Below, piece by piece: positions 12,729 to 25,411 of a stretch of DNA of 64,000 bases (the first letter of the stretch is position 1; the number at the start of each line of letters is the position of its first letter). The stretch spans positions 3,596,001 to 3,660,000 of the forward strand of contig CM075991.1 of the NCBI GenBank assembly GCA_038087875.1, given 5' to 3'. Both the position numbers and the translations under genes were made by a program. The stretch comes from Malacoraja senta. Taxonomy: Eukaryota. Below the pieces are notes generated by a model. The model searched no databases. It was not told the origin of the DNA and worked only from the letters and a program-made list of their open reading frames with translations.

Positions 12729-13515
12729 CTGAAGAAAGGAATGCTGAGGTCCCTGTGTGAAATCTGCTATAGTCATAGTGATCATAGAGTGATGCAGCGT
12801 GGAAACAGGCCTTCCGCCCAACTTGCCCACGCCGACCAACATGTCCCGGCTACAGTAGTCCCACCTGTCTGTGTTTGGCCCATGTCCCTCCAAATCTGTC
12901 CTACCGATGTACCTGTCTAACTGTTTCTTAAACGCTGGGATAGTCCCTGCCTCAACTACCTCTTCTGGCAGCTCGTTCCGTACAGCCAAGCTGCACACTT
13001 TCTGCAGCCTTTGTGTGAAAGGCAGACAGAGTGGGAAAAAGTTGTGTGAAAAAGTCACCCCTCAGATTCCTATGAAACCTTTTCCCCTTCAACTTAAACC
13101 TGTTAGGGCTAATAGTGTAAAACACTACAAAGGGAAAAACTTTCTAAAGATCATATGTATCTTTGTTCAGGAAACAGTCTAGTTTAACTGTTCTCAACGA
13201 CTGTTCCATTTGAGGCTCTTTAAATAAATCCTTGGATTTCCTCATCCGATCTTCGTGGTGTGTTTTTAAGTTCTCATTAACAACCTCAGCTGTTGGGACA
13301 CAGTCGTCAAATATCTTTCAAGTACATTCATCTCCAGTATTGGTCAGCCCTGCACTGTGAACGATTGCAATGAAATGGTTCTTTATGATTACGTGTACCA
13401 AGGTACAGTGAAATTTTTTTTTTTGCATACAGACCCGTGAGACTGTTGCCGTGCATTGTTCATAAGGAACAGGAGTAGAATTCGGCCCATCAAGTCTACT
13501 CTGCAATTCATTAAC

Positions 13516-13869
13516 GACGACAGATGGCGCAATGGGCTAAGTGTTCGGCTGGCAACCGGAAGGTAGCCGGTTCGAATCCCGCTTGGAGTGCATACTGTCG
13601 TTGTGTCCTTGGGCAAGACACTTCACCCACCTTTGCCTGCGTGTGAATGTGTGTGAATGTGTGTGAGTGATTGGTGGTGGTCGGAGGGGCCGTAGGCGCA
13701 GATTAGCAGCCACGCTTCCATCAGTCTGCCCCAGGGCAGCTGTGGCTACAGAGGTAGCTCACCACCACCGAGTGTGACTGAGGAGTGAATGAATAATGCG
13801 ATGTAAAGCGCCTTGAGTATTAGAAAGGCGCTATATAAATCCCATCCATTATTATTATTATTATTATTA
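13516..13869 (+). mobile_element. young tRNA-derived SINE with L2-type 3' tail, teleost AFC-like
   Basis: A box (tggcgcaatgg), B box (ggttcgaatcc), gtgtccttgggcaagacactt core, gtaaagcgccttgag..agaaaggcgctatataaat(ATT)n tail. Confidence 0.85.
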
Positions 13870-14577
13870 ACAGCTGATCTATCTCTCCCTTCTAACCCCA
13901 TTCTCCTGCCTTCTCCCAATAACCTCTGACACCTGTACTATTCCTGAATCTATCTATCTTTGCCTTAAAAACATCCACTGACTTGGCCTCCACTTCCACA
14001 GACTTCCACAGATTCACCACCCTCTGACTAAAGAAATGTCTCCTCACCTCCTTCCTAAAATAACGTCCTTTAATTCTGAGGCTCTCCCACTGATGGATTC
14101 ATCCTCTCCACATCCAGAACGTTCTCCCCTTAGCTCGAATAAGTACAGAATGAGCCCACTGAGTCCAGATACAAGGGTCGCCAAGTTTGGTCACCATTTT
14201 CAAAGTCCCAGCTACAGCTGGCCATAAAGGCCTGTTGCAGTCGTTGCAATTGCATCCGCAAAAAATAGATTTAGTTTTTTTTTTAATGTAGTTAGAAAGG
14301 AAATGTAGTTCACACCGAATTTGACAGAGACGTTATCACGGCCCATGTGTAAATGTGGCCCGCTTCTACTTGATAGTAAATGCAGCTAAATGTTTGACGG
14401 GTCCATTTCAAGGCAAATTTCCACACAGAATGCAGGGGAACTTTGTGCATGGTTTTTCTGAACAAAGTTTCCACCTCCCTGTAGCAACATTTCACAAAAA
14501 GCTAAAGCAGGTAGGCGGTACATCAGCTCTGCAAACATCTCAGGAGCTTTCCCTGAGGATTCATGAAGACAAATTAC

Positions 14578-14601
14578 CTGTTGGTCTGGCAAGAACTGGA
14601 C
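14578..14601 (-). CDS. ADAM9: possible 24-nt cytoplasmic micro-exon (VQFLPDQQ)
   Basis: ...ttttatcttcaaaacaccag|24 nt|gtaatt; frame-preserving, in non-repetitive sequence; no homology support. Confidence 0.25.
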
Positions 14602-14688
14602 CTGGTGTTTTGAAGATAAAACATATTATTGCTACACCTCAAAGAGCAAAACAACAAGTCCTAAAACATCCAAGGGTGAGTGATGGAG

Positions 14689-15769
14689 TAGGGGTTGCCA
14701 ACTTTCTCACTCCCCAATAAGGGACAAAAGGTCAAAATCAGGGACAAATTCCCGACGGCATTTCGTTGACCGACTCGACCGTGGCTGGGGGTGATTGATG
14801 GGTTGGCCCCGGGTGCTGGACTGCACACAAAGCCCAGCCGGCGGGCCAGCTGAGGAGTTTTGGCCTGGGCCGCGCGACGTCGCGCGCAAAGTCCGGCACC
14901 CCATCCAACTCATGAACCGACGATCGGCCATGAGAAGGAGGGGTGGTGGTGTCGGCGGTAAGTGAGGGTCCGAAGGTCAGACAGCCCTAGTGAGACCACA
15001 CCTGGAGTATTGTGTGCAGTTTTGGTCTCCAAATTTAAGGAAGGACATTCTTGCTATTGAGGGAGTGCAGCATAGGTTTACAAGGTTAATTCCTGCGATG
15101 GCGGGACTGTCATATGTTGATAGAATGGAGCGGTTGGGCTTGTATATTCAGGAATTTAGAAGTATGAGAGGGGATCTTATTGAAACATATAAAATTATTA
15201 AGGGTTTGGACACGCTAGAGGTAGGAAACATGTCCCGATGTTGGGGGAGTCCAGAACCAGGGGCCACAGTTTAAGAATAAGGGGCAGGCCATTTAGAACG
15301 GAGATGAGGAAAAACTTTTTTACATAGAGAGTTATGAATTTGTGGAATTCTCTGTCTCAGAAGGCAGTGGAAGCCAATTCTCTGGATGCTTTCAAGACTT
15401 TCAAGAGAGAGTTAGATAGATCTCTTAAAGATAACAGTCAGGGGATATGACGGGAAGGCAGGAACGGGGTACTGATTGTGGATGATCAGCCATGATCATA
15501 TTGAATGGCGGTGCTGGCTCGAAGGACCGAATGGCCTACTCCTGCACCTATTGTCCGGGCTGCCGACTGACGGGGCCACGGGCGAGTTGCTGCTGCTGCA
15601 CTACGTCAGGACGGGTAAGGCGGGGCCGGACGCGGCGCTCTGACCCAACAGTCCCCTCGACCCAAGTAGTAGCAGTCAAATATGGGACAAGGGCCGTCCC
15701 GTATGGGACAAACCAATTTAACCCAATATTCGGGATGTCCCGGCTAATACGGGACAGTTGGCAACCCTC
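14689..15769. mobile_element. non-autonomous hAT element (GGGTTGCCAAC TIRs) split by CR1
   Basis: ggggttgccaac...gttggcaaccct; near-TSD gtgatgga/gcgatgga; subterminal GGGAC repeats. Confidence 0.8.
14985..15556 (+). mobile_element. CR1-type LINE 3' fragment inserted in a hAT element
   Basis: RPHLEYCVQFWSPNLRKDILAIEGVQ; ends ctcctgcacctattgtc. Confidence 0.92.
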
Positions 15770-17668
15770 GCGATGGAAGGGTCCAACGCTGAACTCATCT
15801 CTCCCCTCCTTAAGCACAGTAAACGTCCTGCAGTTATACTTTGTTACATATCACCACATCATGAGCAAAGGAACCACATGGAATTAAAAGAGCATGCAAA
15901 ACAGATCGGAGACGGGAGAGGGGTCACATTACTCATGTTGATTTGTTAGTTGATGTGGAAGGGAGGTGAGGAGTTTGAATGGGAAATCTTTTTGCGACAA
16001 TGTTTTGTTTAGTCTTGTTTGGATTTACAGCATGGAGGTTGGCCCCTACGGCCGACAGCATCCACACCGACCGGTCCACCCACTCACACTAGTCCTCGTC
16101 CACTCCTGACACACAAGGGACAAGTTACAGAGGCCAGTCAACCTACAAACCCGGAGCACCCGGAGCACCCACACGTGGTCACAGGGGGGTTGGGACGGCA
16201 CAGTGGCACAGCGGTAGAGTTGCTGCCTCACAGCGCCAGAGACCCGGGTTCGATCTGACTGTGGGTGCTGTCTGAATGGAGCTTGTACGTTCTCCCCGTG
16301 ACCGTGTGGGTTTTCTCCGGGTGCTCTGTTTATCTCCAAAATTCAAAAGATGTTGGTGTTTGTAGGTTAATTGGCTTCTGTAAATTGCCCCTAGTGTGTA
16401 GGATAGGATAGATGTACGGGGTGATTGTCGTTCGCCGTGGTCTCGCTGGGCCGAAGAAGGGCCTATTTACGGAAACAGGCCCTTCGGCCCAGCTTGCCCA
16501 TGCTGACCAAGATGCCCCATCCCTGCTCGTCCCACCTGCATGCATTTAACTCATATCCCTCTAAACCTATCCTGCAAGAAGCACTTGTCCAAATGCCTTT
16601 TAAATACTGTTGTAGTAATTCCACTTGTACTTCTTCACCAATTGGTAGCACACACGCCCCACAGTTCCCAGCTGTGCCTCTGCGTTGCCCTGCTCAGGGG
16701 CACACCATTGATTTCAAGAGAATGAGTTGTCGAGTGTAGCACTTTCATGTGAAGTAGTAATGCATTGAACCTTGTTGACGGTGCATGAATTTCTAGGCAA
16801 CACCTGGATATTTTTTTATATAAGTAAGAAGGAACTGCAGATGCTGGTTTGCACTGAAAATAGACACAAACTGCTGGAGTAGCTCAGCGGGTCAGGCAGG
16901 ATCTCTCTTTGGAGTAACTCAGCGGGTCAGGGAGCACAGGGAGATGAGTTACTCCAGCATTTTGTGTCTACTTTTTAAATATGATGCCTTCACCCTGCTG
17001 AGACAGAGAGACCCGGGCACAAGGGCAGTAGATCTTTGTCCTCAACTCCCCTTCAATGCTTCCCTCTGTCACCATCACTGCTGAGGGAGAGGTTCTCTCT
17101 CAGTCTTGCAAACAGGCGCTGGCAGACGGATGGAAAATTAACGTTAATACGACACAGCCACAAAGCCGTCGGTCGGGTCGAGCCTGAAGAAGGGTCTCGA
17201 CCCAAAACGTCGCCCATTCCTTCTCTCTAGAGGTGCTGCCTGTCCCGCTGAGTTACTCCAGCATTGTGAGTCTGCCCACAAAGCACAGATAGATCTCAGA
17301 GGCCGGAGTTTAAAAACGATTCTTGCTGTCTCATCTCCCAGGCAGTATTTCCCGTTAACATCAGAACAGCAGGGCGGCACGGTAGCGCAGCGGTAGAGTT
17401 CTATGTTCTCCCCGTGACCCGTGTGGGTTTTCTGTGAGATCTACAGTCTCCTCCCACACTCCAATGACGTACAGGTTTATAGGTTAATTGGCTTGGTAAA
17501 CGTAAAAATTGGCACAAGTGTGTGTAGGATAGTGTTCATGTGCGGGGATCGCTGGTCTGCACGGACTAGGTTGGCCGAAGGGCCTGTTTCCACGCTGTAT
17601 CTCAACATTTAACTAAACTAAACATCTTGGAGGAACGGTTGCTAAACAGCAGCCATCCGTCAAATTCA

Positions 17669-18573
17669 CTTTTTCTTTAGTTTTAGCTTTTTTAATTTCT
17701 TTGTTTGTTTGGGGGGTTTTGACTTTTAATGTGGGGGGGTAAGGGGGAAACTATTTCTGGGTCCCTACCTGGTCGGTGAGGCAGCTTTTTCTCCAGGCTG
17801 CCTCATCGACCCGTCCTCGTGGCCTACCAGCGGGCCTGGAGCGCCGTTTCCTGACGGGGGCCGCCCAGCACCTTCAGCTTCGGTGGCGGCACAGCGCTGG
17901 AGCGCTATCGCGGAGCGTAGCGGGCGATGCCTTGCCTGGGTCGCCGCGCTGGAACGACGCGCTGGAGCTCCGGTGAGCTGCGACCGCCGAGATCAACACC
18001 TCCGGGCTGCGGGACTGCGGAGCGACCAGCCGCGGGCGGCGGCGCCGACTTTGACATCGGGAGCCTCGTGGCTCCAACTCGTCGCGGCCCTGTCGGCTTC
18101 ATCATCCATCGACTCCGCTGGGAAACCGGCCGTTCCAGCCGCTGCGAGGACTCTCCCGACGGCCAGGAACATCGGGCCTCCGTAGAGGCAACTGTGGTGG
18201 CCTCGATGGGCCTGACTCTGGGGAGAACTTGGGTTGGGGACTGGACATTGTGCCTTCCCCCACAGTGGTGGTCATTGTGGGGGGATGATTTTTGTGTGCT
18301 GTGCCTGTTAGTCTGTGTTCAAGATGGCGGTCGGAGGGGAGAGTGGACGCTGGCGCGATTTGGCTGCCGCTGCTCTCTCCTCAAATTGTGTTTCTTATTT
18401 TCTTTTTGTGCTTTTGTAATTGAATTCTGTCCTTGATTTGTGTACTGTGGTGTTTTTATATTTAATTTATTCCGATTATGTGTTTTGTATTTATTGTGAT
18501 TCTATGCCTTGTAAGGTGTCCTTGGGTGTTAGAAAGGCACCAGCAAATAAAATGAATTATTATTATTATTATT
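17669..18573 (+). mobile_element. GC-rich non-autonomous retroposon with an (ATT)n LINE-type tail
   Basis: CpG-rich body, caagatggcg motif, 3' end gtaaggtgtccttgggtgttagaaaggcacc..aataaaatgaattattatt. Confidence 0.55.
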
Positions 18574-18581
18574 TCACTCAC

Positions 18582-18636
18582 CCCTTCCTTAGCCGAGTTA
18601 TTGGAAGCACCGCCTGGCCCTGCTGAGCTTTCAGAC
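18582..18636 (-). CDS. ADAM9: ADAM9 cytoplasmic exon (KSESSAGPGGASNNSAKEG)
   Basis: Pyrimidine-rich ...tcttag|G and strong |gtgagt donor; 55 nt. Supplies the phase 2->0 link needed between the TM exon and the 8922-8989 exon. Low sequence conservation. Confidence 0.75.
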
Positions 18637-19039
18637 CTAAGACACAAAAGGTGAGACTAAACAACCTGATCAACTAAGGGCAAATTTATTCTCATAAATT
18701 AAATGAGGTAGCTAATAGGTCTATAGCTGGTGAGAGGACGGCTCAGTTGCCTGATAACAGGTGGGAAGAAACTGCCCCTGAATCTGGAGGTGTGCGTTTT
18801 CACACTTCTGTACCTCTTGCCTGATGGGAGAGGGGAGAAGAGGGAGTGGCCGGGGTGAGACTGGTCCTTGATTATGCTGCTGGCCTTGCCGAGGCAGCGT
18901 GAGGTGTGGATGAGCAGGAGTGATCATTTCACACTAAACATACTGATTGATCAGTTACTCGTAGATGTTCAATTCATAGGGTCCTAGAACCATACAGGAC
19001 GGAAACAGGCCCTTCGGCCCAACTTCAGCCTGCTGACCA

Positions 19040-19633
19040 AGATTCTTCTGCAGTTGTATGGGGCTCTGGTGAGACCACATCTGGAGTATTGTATACAGTT
19101 TTGGTCTCCTAATTTGAGGAAGGACATCCTTGTGATTGAGGCAGTGCAGTGTAGGTTCACGAAATTGATCCCTGGGATGGCGGGACTGTCATATGAGGAA
19201 AGATTGAAAAGACTAGGCTTGTATTCACTGGAGTTTAGAAGGATGAGGGGGAATCTTATAGAAACATATAAAATTATAAAAGGACTGGACAAGCTAGATG
19301 CAGGAGAAATGTTCCCAATGTTGGTCGAGTCCAGAACCAGGGGCCACAGTCTTAGAATAAAGGGGAGGCCATTTAAGACTGAAGTGAGAAAAAACATTTT
19401 CACCCAGAGTTGTGAATTTGTGGAATTCCCTGCCACAGAGGGCAGTGGAGGCCAAGTCACTGGATGGATTTAAGAGAGAGTTAGATAGAGCTCTAGGGGC
19501 TAGTGGAATCAAGGGATATGGGGAGAAGGCAGGCACGGGTTATTGATTGGGGACGATCAGCCATGATCACAATGAATGGCAGTGCTGGCTCAAAGGGCTG
19601 AATGGCCTCTTCCTGCACCTTTCTATGTTTCTA
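19040..19633 (+). mobile_element. CR1-type LINE 3' fragment
   Basis: VRPHLEYCIQFWSPNLRKDILVIEAVQCRFTKLIPGMAGLSYEERLKRLGLYSLEFRRMRG. Confidence 0.92.
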
Positions 19634-19932
19634 TGCCCCATCAACACTTGGCCCACCTGACAGCATTTGATCCATATCCCTCGAAACGTGTCCTATCCAC
19701 GTACCACCTCTCCCATCCACACACCAGGCAATGTATCATCTTTCAAAATTGTGGCCATTTTATGCAGGGACTAATGGGGGGGGGGGGGGAGGGTTTAATG
19801 ACACTCCTGGCAGCTCACAGTCCCCATTACAGATTCCAATCATTCATTACAGGTTTATTTAATTAACCTATATTAAATTCCCCCCCCCCCCCCCACAGCC
19901 ACCGAGGGTGAATAAAAGAATAAGACATTTAC

Positions 19933-20074
19933 TTGTGCCGTTGCGAGCTTTGTCTTCGATGGAATCTTCGTTTCAGCTCATTCCTATTGACAAATATGAA
20001 CACTGCCAGGATAATGAGTGGCACGATCAACAGGAAGAAAATCAGCAAACCATCCCGTAGCGAGGTGTCGTTTT
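19933..20074 (-). CDS. ADAM9: ADAM9 transmembrane exon (ENDTSLRDGLLIFFLLIVPLIILAVFIFVNRNELKRRFHRRQSSQRH)
   Basis: cag|...|gtaaat, 142 nt, phase 1->2; LRDGLL.FF motif, hydrophobic helix and basic stop-transfer segment. Confidence 0.95.
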
Positions 20075-20083
20075 CTGGAAGAG

Positions 20084-20114
<31 letters not shown>

Positions 20115-21410
20115 TACTTAGTTTGCAGAGATTAATAACATTGTTTAAGAAGGGTCTCGACCCGAAACGTCACCCATTCCTTCGCTCCACCGATGCTGCC
20201 TCACCCACTGAGTTTCTCCACCATTTTTGTCTACCTGCGATTGTTCCCACATCTGCAGTTCCTTCTAAAACAATTGTTCAAGACTGCGATCTGTTGGAAC
20301 TGGTAGCTGAAGAAGGGTCTCGACTTGAAACGTCACCTATTCCTTCTCTCCAGAGATGCTGTCTGACTCGCTGAGTTACCCCAGCATTTTTTGTCTATCT
20401 AGGTGGTGGCAGTGTTGGACTTCGACCCTTTAAGTGACACAGTTAAGCCTTTAGTAAAGATGGACGCAGTATGCCGGAGTTACTCAGCGGGGCAGGAGAG
20501 GAGGAATGGGCGACATTTCGGGTCGAGACCCTTTATTCAGACTGAGTGTCAAGGGAGAGGGAAACTAGAGGTAGTCACAAAATGCTGGAGTAACTCAGCG
20601 GGCCAGGCAGCATCTCTGGAGAGAAGGAATGGGTCAAGTTTCAGGTCTTCAGACTTTGGAAGGGTAAGGTGTGCAAATGACAGATCAAAGCAGACGATGA
20701 TCAAGGATACGGTTCATTGTTAGCTGAAGAGAAGGTGACAATGATGCATTCAATCAGTAAAATTATTCAGGCGGATAGTGAAGCTAGTCAGCGAACTAGG
20801 GTGGGGGGGGGACAGAGAGACAGGGTTACGTAAAGTGAGAGAAATCAATATTCATACCACTGGGTTGTGAGGTGCAGGAAGGAACTGCAGATGCTGGTTT
20901 ACACTGAAGATAGGCACAAAATGCTGGAGAAAATCAGTGGGACAGGCAGCGTCTCTGGAGAGGAGGAATGGGCGAGGTTTTGTGCTGTTTACCCGAACAA
21001 ACGGAGGAAGGGTCTCGACCGGAAACGTCACCCATTCCTTCTCTCCAGAGATGCTGCCTGTCCTGCTGAGTTACTCCAGCATTTTGTGTCTATCTCCACA
21101 AGGTTGGAAGCTGCCCAAGCCTTTAGCAATCAGGATTGGACACAAAATGCTGGAGTAACTCAGCGGGTCTGATCCGCTGAGTTACTCTAGATTTTTGTGT
21201 CTATCTTCGGTGTAAACCAGCATCTGCATATCCTTCCAAACACAAACAGGCTGTACATGGCTTTCCAAGTGCTAAATAAAGTCTAAAGTGCATCTGCAGT
21301 TCCTTTTTTTATTACGCAGCAATCTGGAATCATCTACAGTATTTAATATCGCAAATGTGTGGTGTTATATTTGCACATAATATATTATTCCACTGCTTTA
21401 TAAAACAAAA

Positions 21411-21850
21411 TTGAAAGTTCAGCGTCGGTTCACCAGGTTAATTCCCGGGATGGCGGGACTGACATATGATGAAAGAATGGTTCGACTGGGCTTGTATTCA
21501 CTGGAATTTAGAAGGTTGAGAGGGGATCTCATAGAAACATATAAAACTCTTAAGGGATTGGACAGGCTAGATGCAGGTAAAATGTTCCCCATGTTGGAGG
21601 AGTCCAGAACCCGGGGTCATATACAGTTTAAGAATAAGGGGAAGGCCATTTAAGACTGAGATGAGGAAAAACCTTTTCATCCAGAGAGTTGTGGAATTCT
21701 CTGCCACAGAAGGCAGTGGAGGCCAATTCACTGGATGTTTTCAAGAGAGTTAGATATAGCTCTTAGGGCTACTGATTCTGAATGATCACCCACGATCATA
21801 TTGAATGGCGGTGCTGACTCGAAGGGCCGAATGGCACCTATTTTCTATGT
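21411..21850 (+). mobile_element. CR1 3' fragment
   Basis: VQRRFTRLIPGMAGLTYDERMVRLGLYSLEFRRLRGDLIETYK. Confidence 0.9.
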
Positions 21851-21884
21851 TTGTAAAGCTGGTGATAAGATTGATCTCAGTTAC

Positions 21885-21990
21885 CATCGTAGGCCGGTCC
21901 ACTGTCGGTGCTTCCTCCGTACCCGACTTTGGCGCAGGTGGGGGGCGCCCAGCCTTTCGCACAGTGGCAGTTCTTGTTGTTGTTGCACAC
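21885..21990 (-). CDS. ADAM9: ADAM9 EGF-like exon ([35 protein letters not shown])
   Basis: cag|...|gtaac, 106 nt, phase 0->1; NCHC..GWAPP.C...GYGGS.DSGP motif. Confidence 0.95.
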
Positions 21991-22789
21991 CTGTAAAGAA
22001 GCAACAGAACACGGCTCACTCTCTCCGGGCTACGGTCCAGTGGGACTGCAAGACCTTTGTATGTGAAAGGGTCTCCGAACAACGGCAAGGTCATAGTGTG
22101 GCCCAACTTGCCCACACCGGCCAACTTGTCCCAGCTACACTAGTCCCACCTGCCTGCGCTTGGCCCACATCCCTCCAAACTTGTCCTATCCATGTACCTG
22201 TCTAACTTTTTCTTAAACGTTGGGATAGTCCCAGCCTCAACTACCTCCTCTGGCAGCTTGTTCCATACACCCACCACCCTTTGTGTGAAAATTTGCCCCT
22301 CAAATCCCTATTAAATCTTTTCCCCTTCACCTTAAACCTATGTCCACTGGTCCTCGATTCACCCTCTCTGGGCAAGAGACTCTGTGCATCTACCCGATCT
22401 ATTCCTCTCATGATTTTATACACCTCCATAAGATCACCCCCTCATCTTGCTGTGCTCCAAGGAATAGATCGGAGGACAAGTCAGTGGATATTTTTAAGGC
22501 AGAGATAGATAGATTCTTGATTAGTACGGGTGTCAGGGGTTATGGGGGAAGGCAGGAGAATGGGGTTAGGAGGGAGAGGGAGATCAGCCATGATTGAATG
22601 GTGGAGTAGACTTGATGGGCCAAATGGCCTAATTATGCTCCTGTGATTTATGACCTTATGAGATGTGCAGGGCAACTTTTTCTTTTACACACGAGGGTGG
22701 TGAGCGCATCATAGTCAGCAATATCCTCACATCGTTTACTGGAGTAACAGGTATTGGAGAGATTTATTCGGGCATGAGTTCCTACTTAC

Positions 22790-22870
22790 ACCGTGGCCAC
22801 TGCATTTCACCGCTACGTCGCAATCGTAGTCCAAGACAGAGACGTCCACGCACGTGAAATCCATGCACAC
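22790..22870 (-). CDS. ADAM9: ADAM9 exon (VCMDFTCVDVSVLDYDCDVAVKCSGHG)
   Basis: cag|...|gtaag, 81 nt, phase 0->0; Cys-rich/EGF junction. Confidence 0.93.
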
Positions 22871-24223
22871 CTGCGGCACATCGAAATGAAGGTTAGCTGG
22901 AGAGGAGCCAGCGGAGAGGTCGGCGCGGCGGTCGGTGATGGCGCCGAGCGACGGACACGTGGAAGTGAGGACGCCGCTGCCGAGGGAACGGAACAAAGGA
23001 GGGGGGGGGGGGCGGACACTCATCATCTTTTCCCAAGGGTGGAAATATCAAAGGCTTGAAGGCACAGAAAGGATATAAAGCACCGTGCCTGGTATTGCAG
23101 TCCAGAATTACAAAGTGCAGAGAAGAAAATGTACTTCAAAATCAAGAACCAGAGGACATGACGTTTAAGATGAGAGAAGCAAGATTTAATAGGAACCAGA
23201 CCCGCAACTTGAGGGTGGTGGGCATATGGATTGAACTGCCGCAGGAGGTAGTTGAGGCAGGTACTATAACAATGTTTAAACGCCCTTCGGACGGGCACAT
23301 GGATGGGAAAGTTTGAGAGGGATCTTGGCCAAGCACGGGAAGGTGGGCCTAGTGTAGGTGGGGCACCTTGGTCAGCATGGACAAGTTTAGTTCCGTTTCT
23401 GTTCAGATTAGTTTATTGTCACGTGTACCAAGGCACAGTGAAAAGCTTTTTTGTTGCCTGCTAACCAGCCAGCGGGAAGACTAGACATGATTATAATCGA
23501 GCCATTCACAGTGTACAGATACATGATAAGGGAATCACGATTAGTGCTGAAGGAGTAGAGATGGAGCGATTGTAATGAGTTAGGCCCAAGGCCCTGTTTC
23601 AATGCTGTATGATGACACTCAAAGTGGTCTTTGAGTGATTGAGCTTCACTTGCCACCTTGGTGGGATGTGAGGAAGGAACAGCAGGTGCTGGTTTACACT
23701 GAAGATAGACGCAAAATTGCTGGAGTAACTCAGCGGATCAGGCAGCATCTCCGGATAGAAAGAATGGGTGACGTTTCGGGTCAAGACCCTTCTTCAAAGT
23801 GCAGACGTTAGTTCGAAGAAGGGTCTCGACCCGAAACGTCACCCTTTCCTTCTCTCCATAGATGCTGCCTGTCTTGCTGAGTGATTGCAGCATTTTGTGC
23901 CTATCTTTGGTGGGATGTGGTTCAGCTTGCAGATATTGCAGTAGCCACAATGTAGGGTCAGCAAGGAGAAGGTTCACAGGGCATTGGGTTCATTCCACTG
24001 AACCTGGTCACCAGCTTTCCCTCAACGTACAAGAGTAGTTACTGCAGCACAATCTGATCCAGCGTCGACAATCTCCTCTTTATGAGTGTCTCTCGTGTAC
24101 AATGGACCAATAAACCTAAGTTTAACACCACAACCTCAGCAGTTCTCTTGAGATAGAGCGATTGCAAAGAGACCACGAGCGAAGAGGTTAACTCTCACCC
24201 TTTCTGCCATGTTGCATGTTGAG

Positions 24224-24820
24224 TTTAGTTTAGAGATACAGCTCGGAAACAGGCCCCTCGGCCCACCGCGTCCGCATTGACCAGCGATCCGGGCATGCTA
24301 CTCGCATAGGGCCTGTCCCACTTGGGTGATTTTGCCCGCGTCATATCAGGGTCGCCGAAAGATTTTGAACATTTCAAAATCCAGCGGCGACAAAAAAGTG
24401 GTTGTGACGCTTGAAAAAAACACCGCGCGTCATATGTCATCACGTTGCGTCACCGTCGCGTCATCACATACGTCAACACGCCGCGTCATACGTCATCACG
24501 CTGCGTCATATGTCATCACGCCGCGTATTTTTGTGACATGATACGTCAGTCAACGACACCACAGTCGCCGAAAAAAATCGCCAAGTGGGACAGCCCCTTA
24601 ACACTATCCTACGCACACTAGAGATAATTTACAATTTTATTGAAAGCCAATAACCTACAAACTTGTGCGTCTTTAGAGTGTGGGAGGAAACCAGAGATCT
24701 CGGAGAAACCCCACGCAGGTCACGGGGAGAACGTACAAACTCCGTACAGACAGCACCCGTAGTCGGGATGGAACCCGGGTCTCTGGTGCTGTAAGGCAGC
24801 AACTCTACCGCTGCGCCACC
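24224..24820 (-). mobile_element. V-SINE split by a Harbinger MITE
   Basis: Full head-to-tail homology around the MITE. Confidence 0.85.
24308..24598. mobile_element. PIF/Harbinger-type MITE inserted in a V-SINE
   Basis: AGGGCCTGTCCCACTTGG...CCAAGTGGGACAGCCCCT; internal cgtcat-rich repeats. Confidence 0.82.
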
Positions 24821-25227
24821 TGGCTAGCAATCAGATTGTAACATCTCCAGAGGCACCAAACAGAGCGCAAGACACTCCCTCACCTAACGTAGGGTGGCAC
24901 AGCAGTTGCTGCCTTCCAACGGCAGTAAACCTGGGTTTGTTCCTGACTACGGGTGCTGTCCATACAGAGTTTGTACGCTCTCCCCGTGACCGCCTGGGGT
25001 TTCTGCGAGATCTTCACACTCAGGTTTGTAGATTACTTGGTGTAATGTAAAAGGTGAAAATGTATCCCTAGTGTGTGGGGGGGTAGTGTTAATGCGGGGG
25101 GGGAGTGGGGTCGCTGGTCGGCGCAGACCCGGTGGGCCGAAGGGCCTGTTCCTTAAACGAAACTTCCAGAATGGCAGACATACGAGAAGACCTTTGATGT
25201 GAGATGCTGCCCAGACTGTGACCGTAC

Positions 25228-25411
25228 CTTGCCCGCGTCGCACCGGGTGCCTGGGCTGACCATGCCAGGGTCGGGAACGTCCGAGCCCAACCGGAAGTCC
25301 ACTCCCCAGCACGTGGTGCCGTCAATGGGCGTGCGGATGACGGAGGGCTGAATGCCGAACACCAGCACAGAGTTCACGTTCTCACACTGCAGCTTCCCAC
25401 ACATGGAGTTC
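25228..25411 (-). CDS. ADAM9: ADAM9 cysteine-rich exon (NSMCGKLQCENVNSVLVFGIQPSVIRTPIDGTTCWGVDFRLGSDVPDPGMVSPGTRCDAGK)
   Basis: cag|...|gtac, 184 nt, phase 2->0; CWGVDF.LGSDVPDPGMV is characteristic of ADAM9. Confidence 0.95.

Noticed and set aside
13516..13590. tRNA gene
   Set aside because: The A/B boxes belong to a SINE head that continues into SINE body and tail; the same applies to the V-SINE heads.
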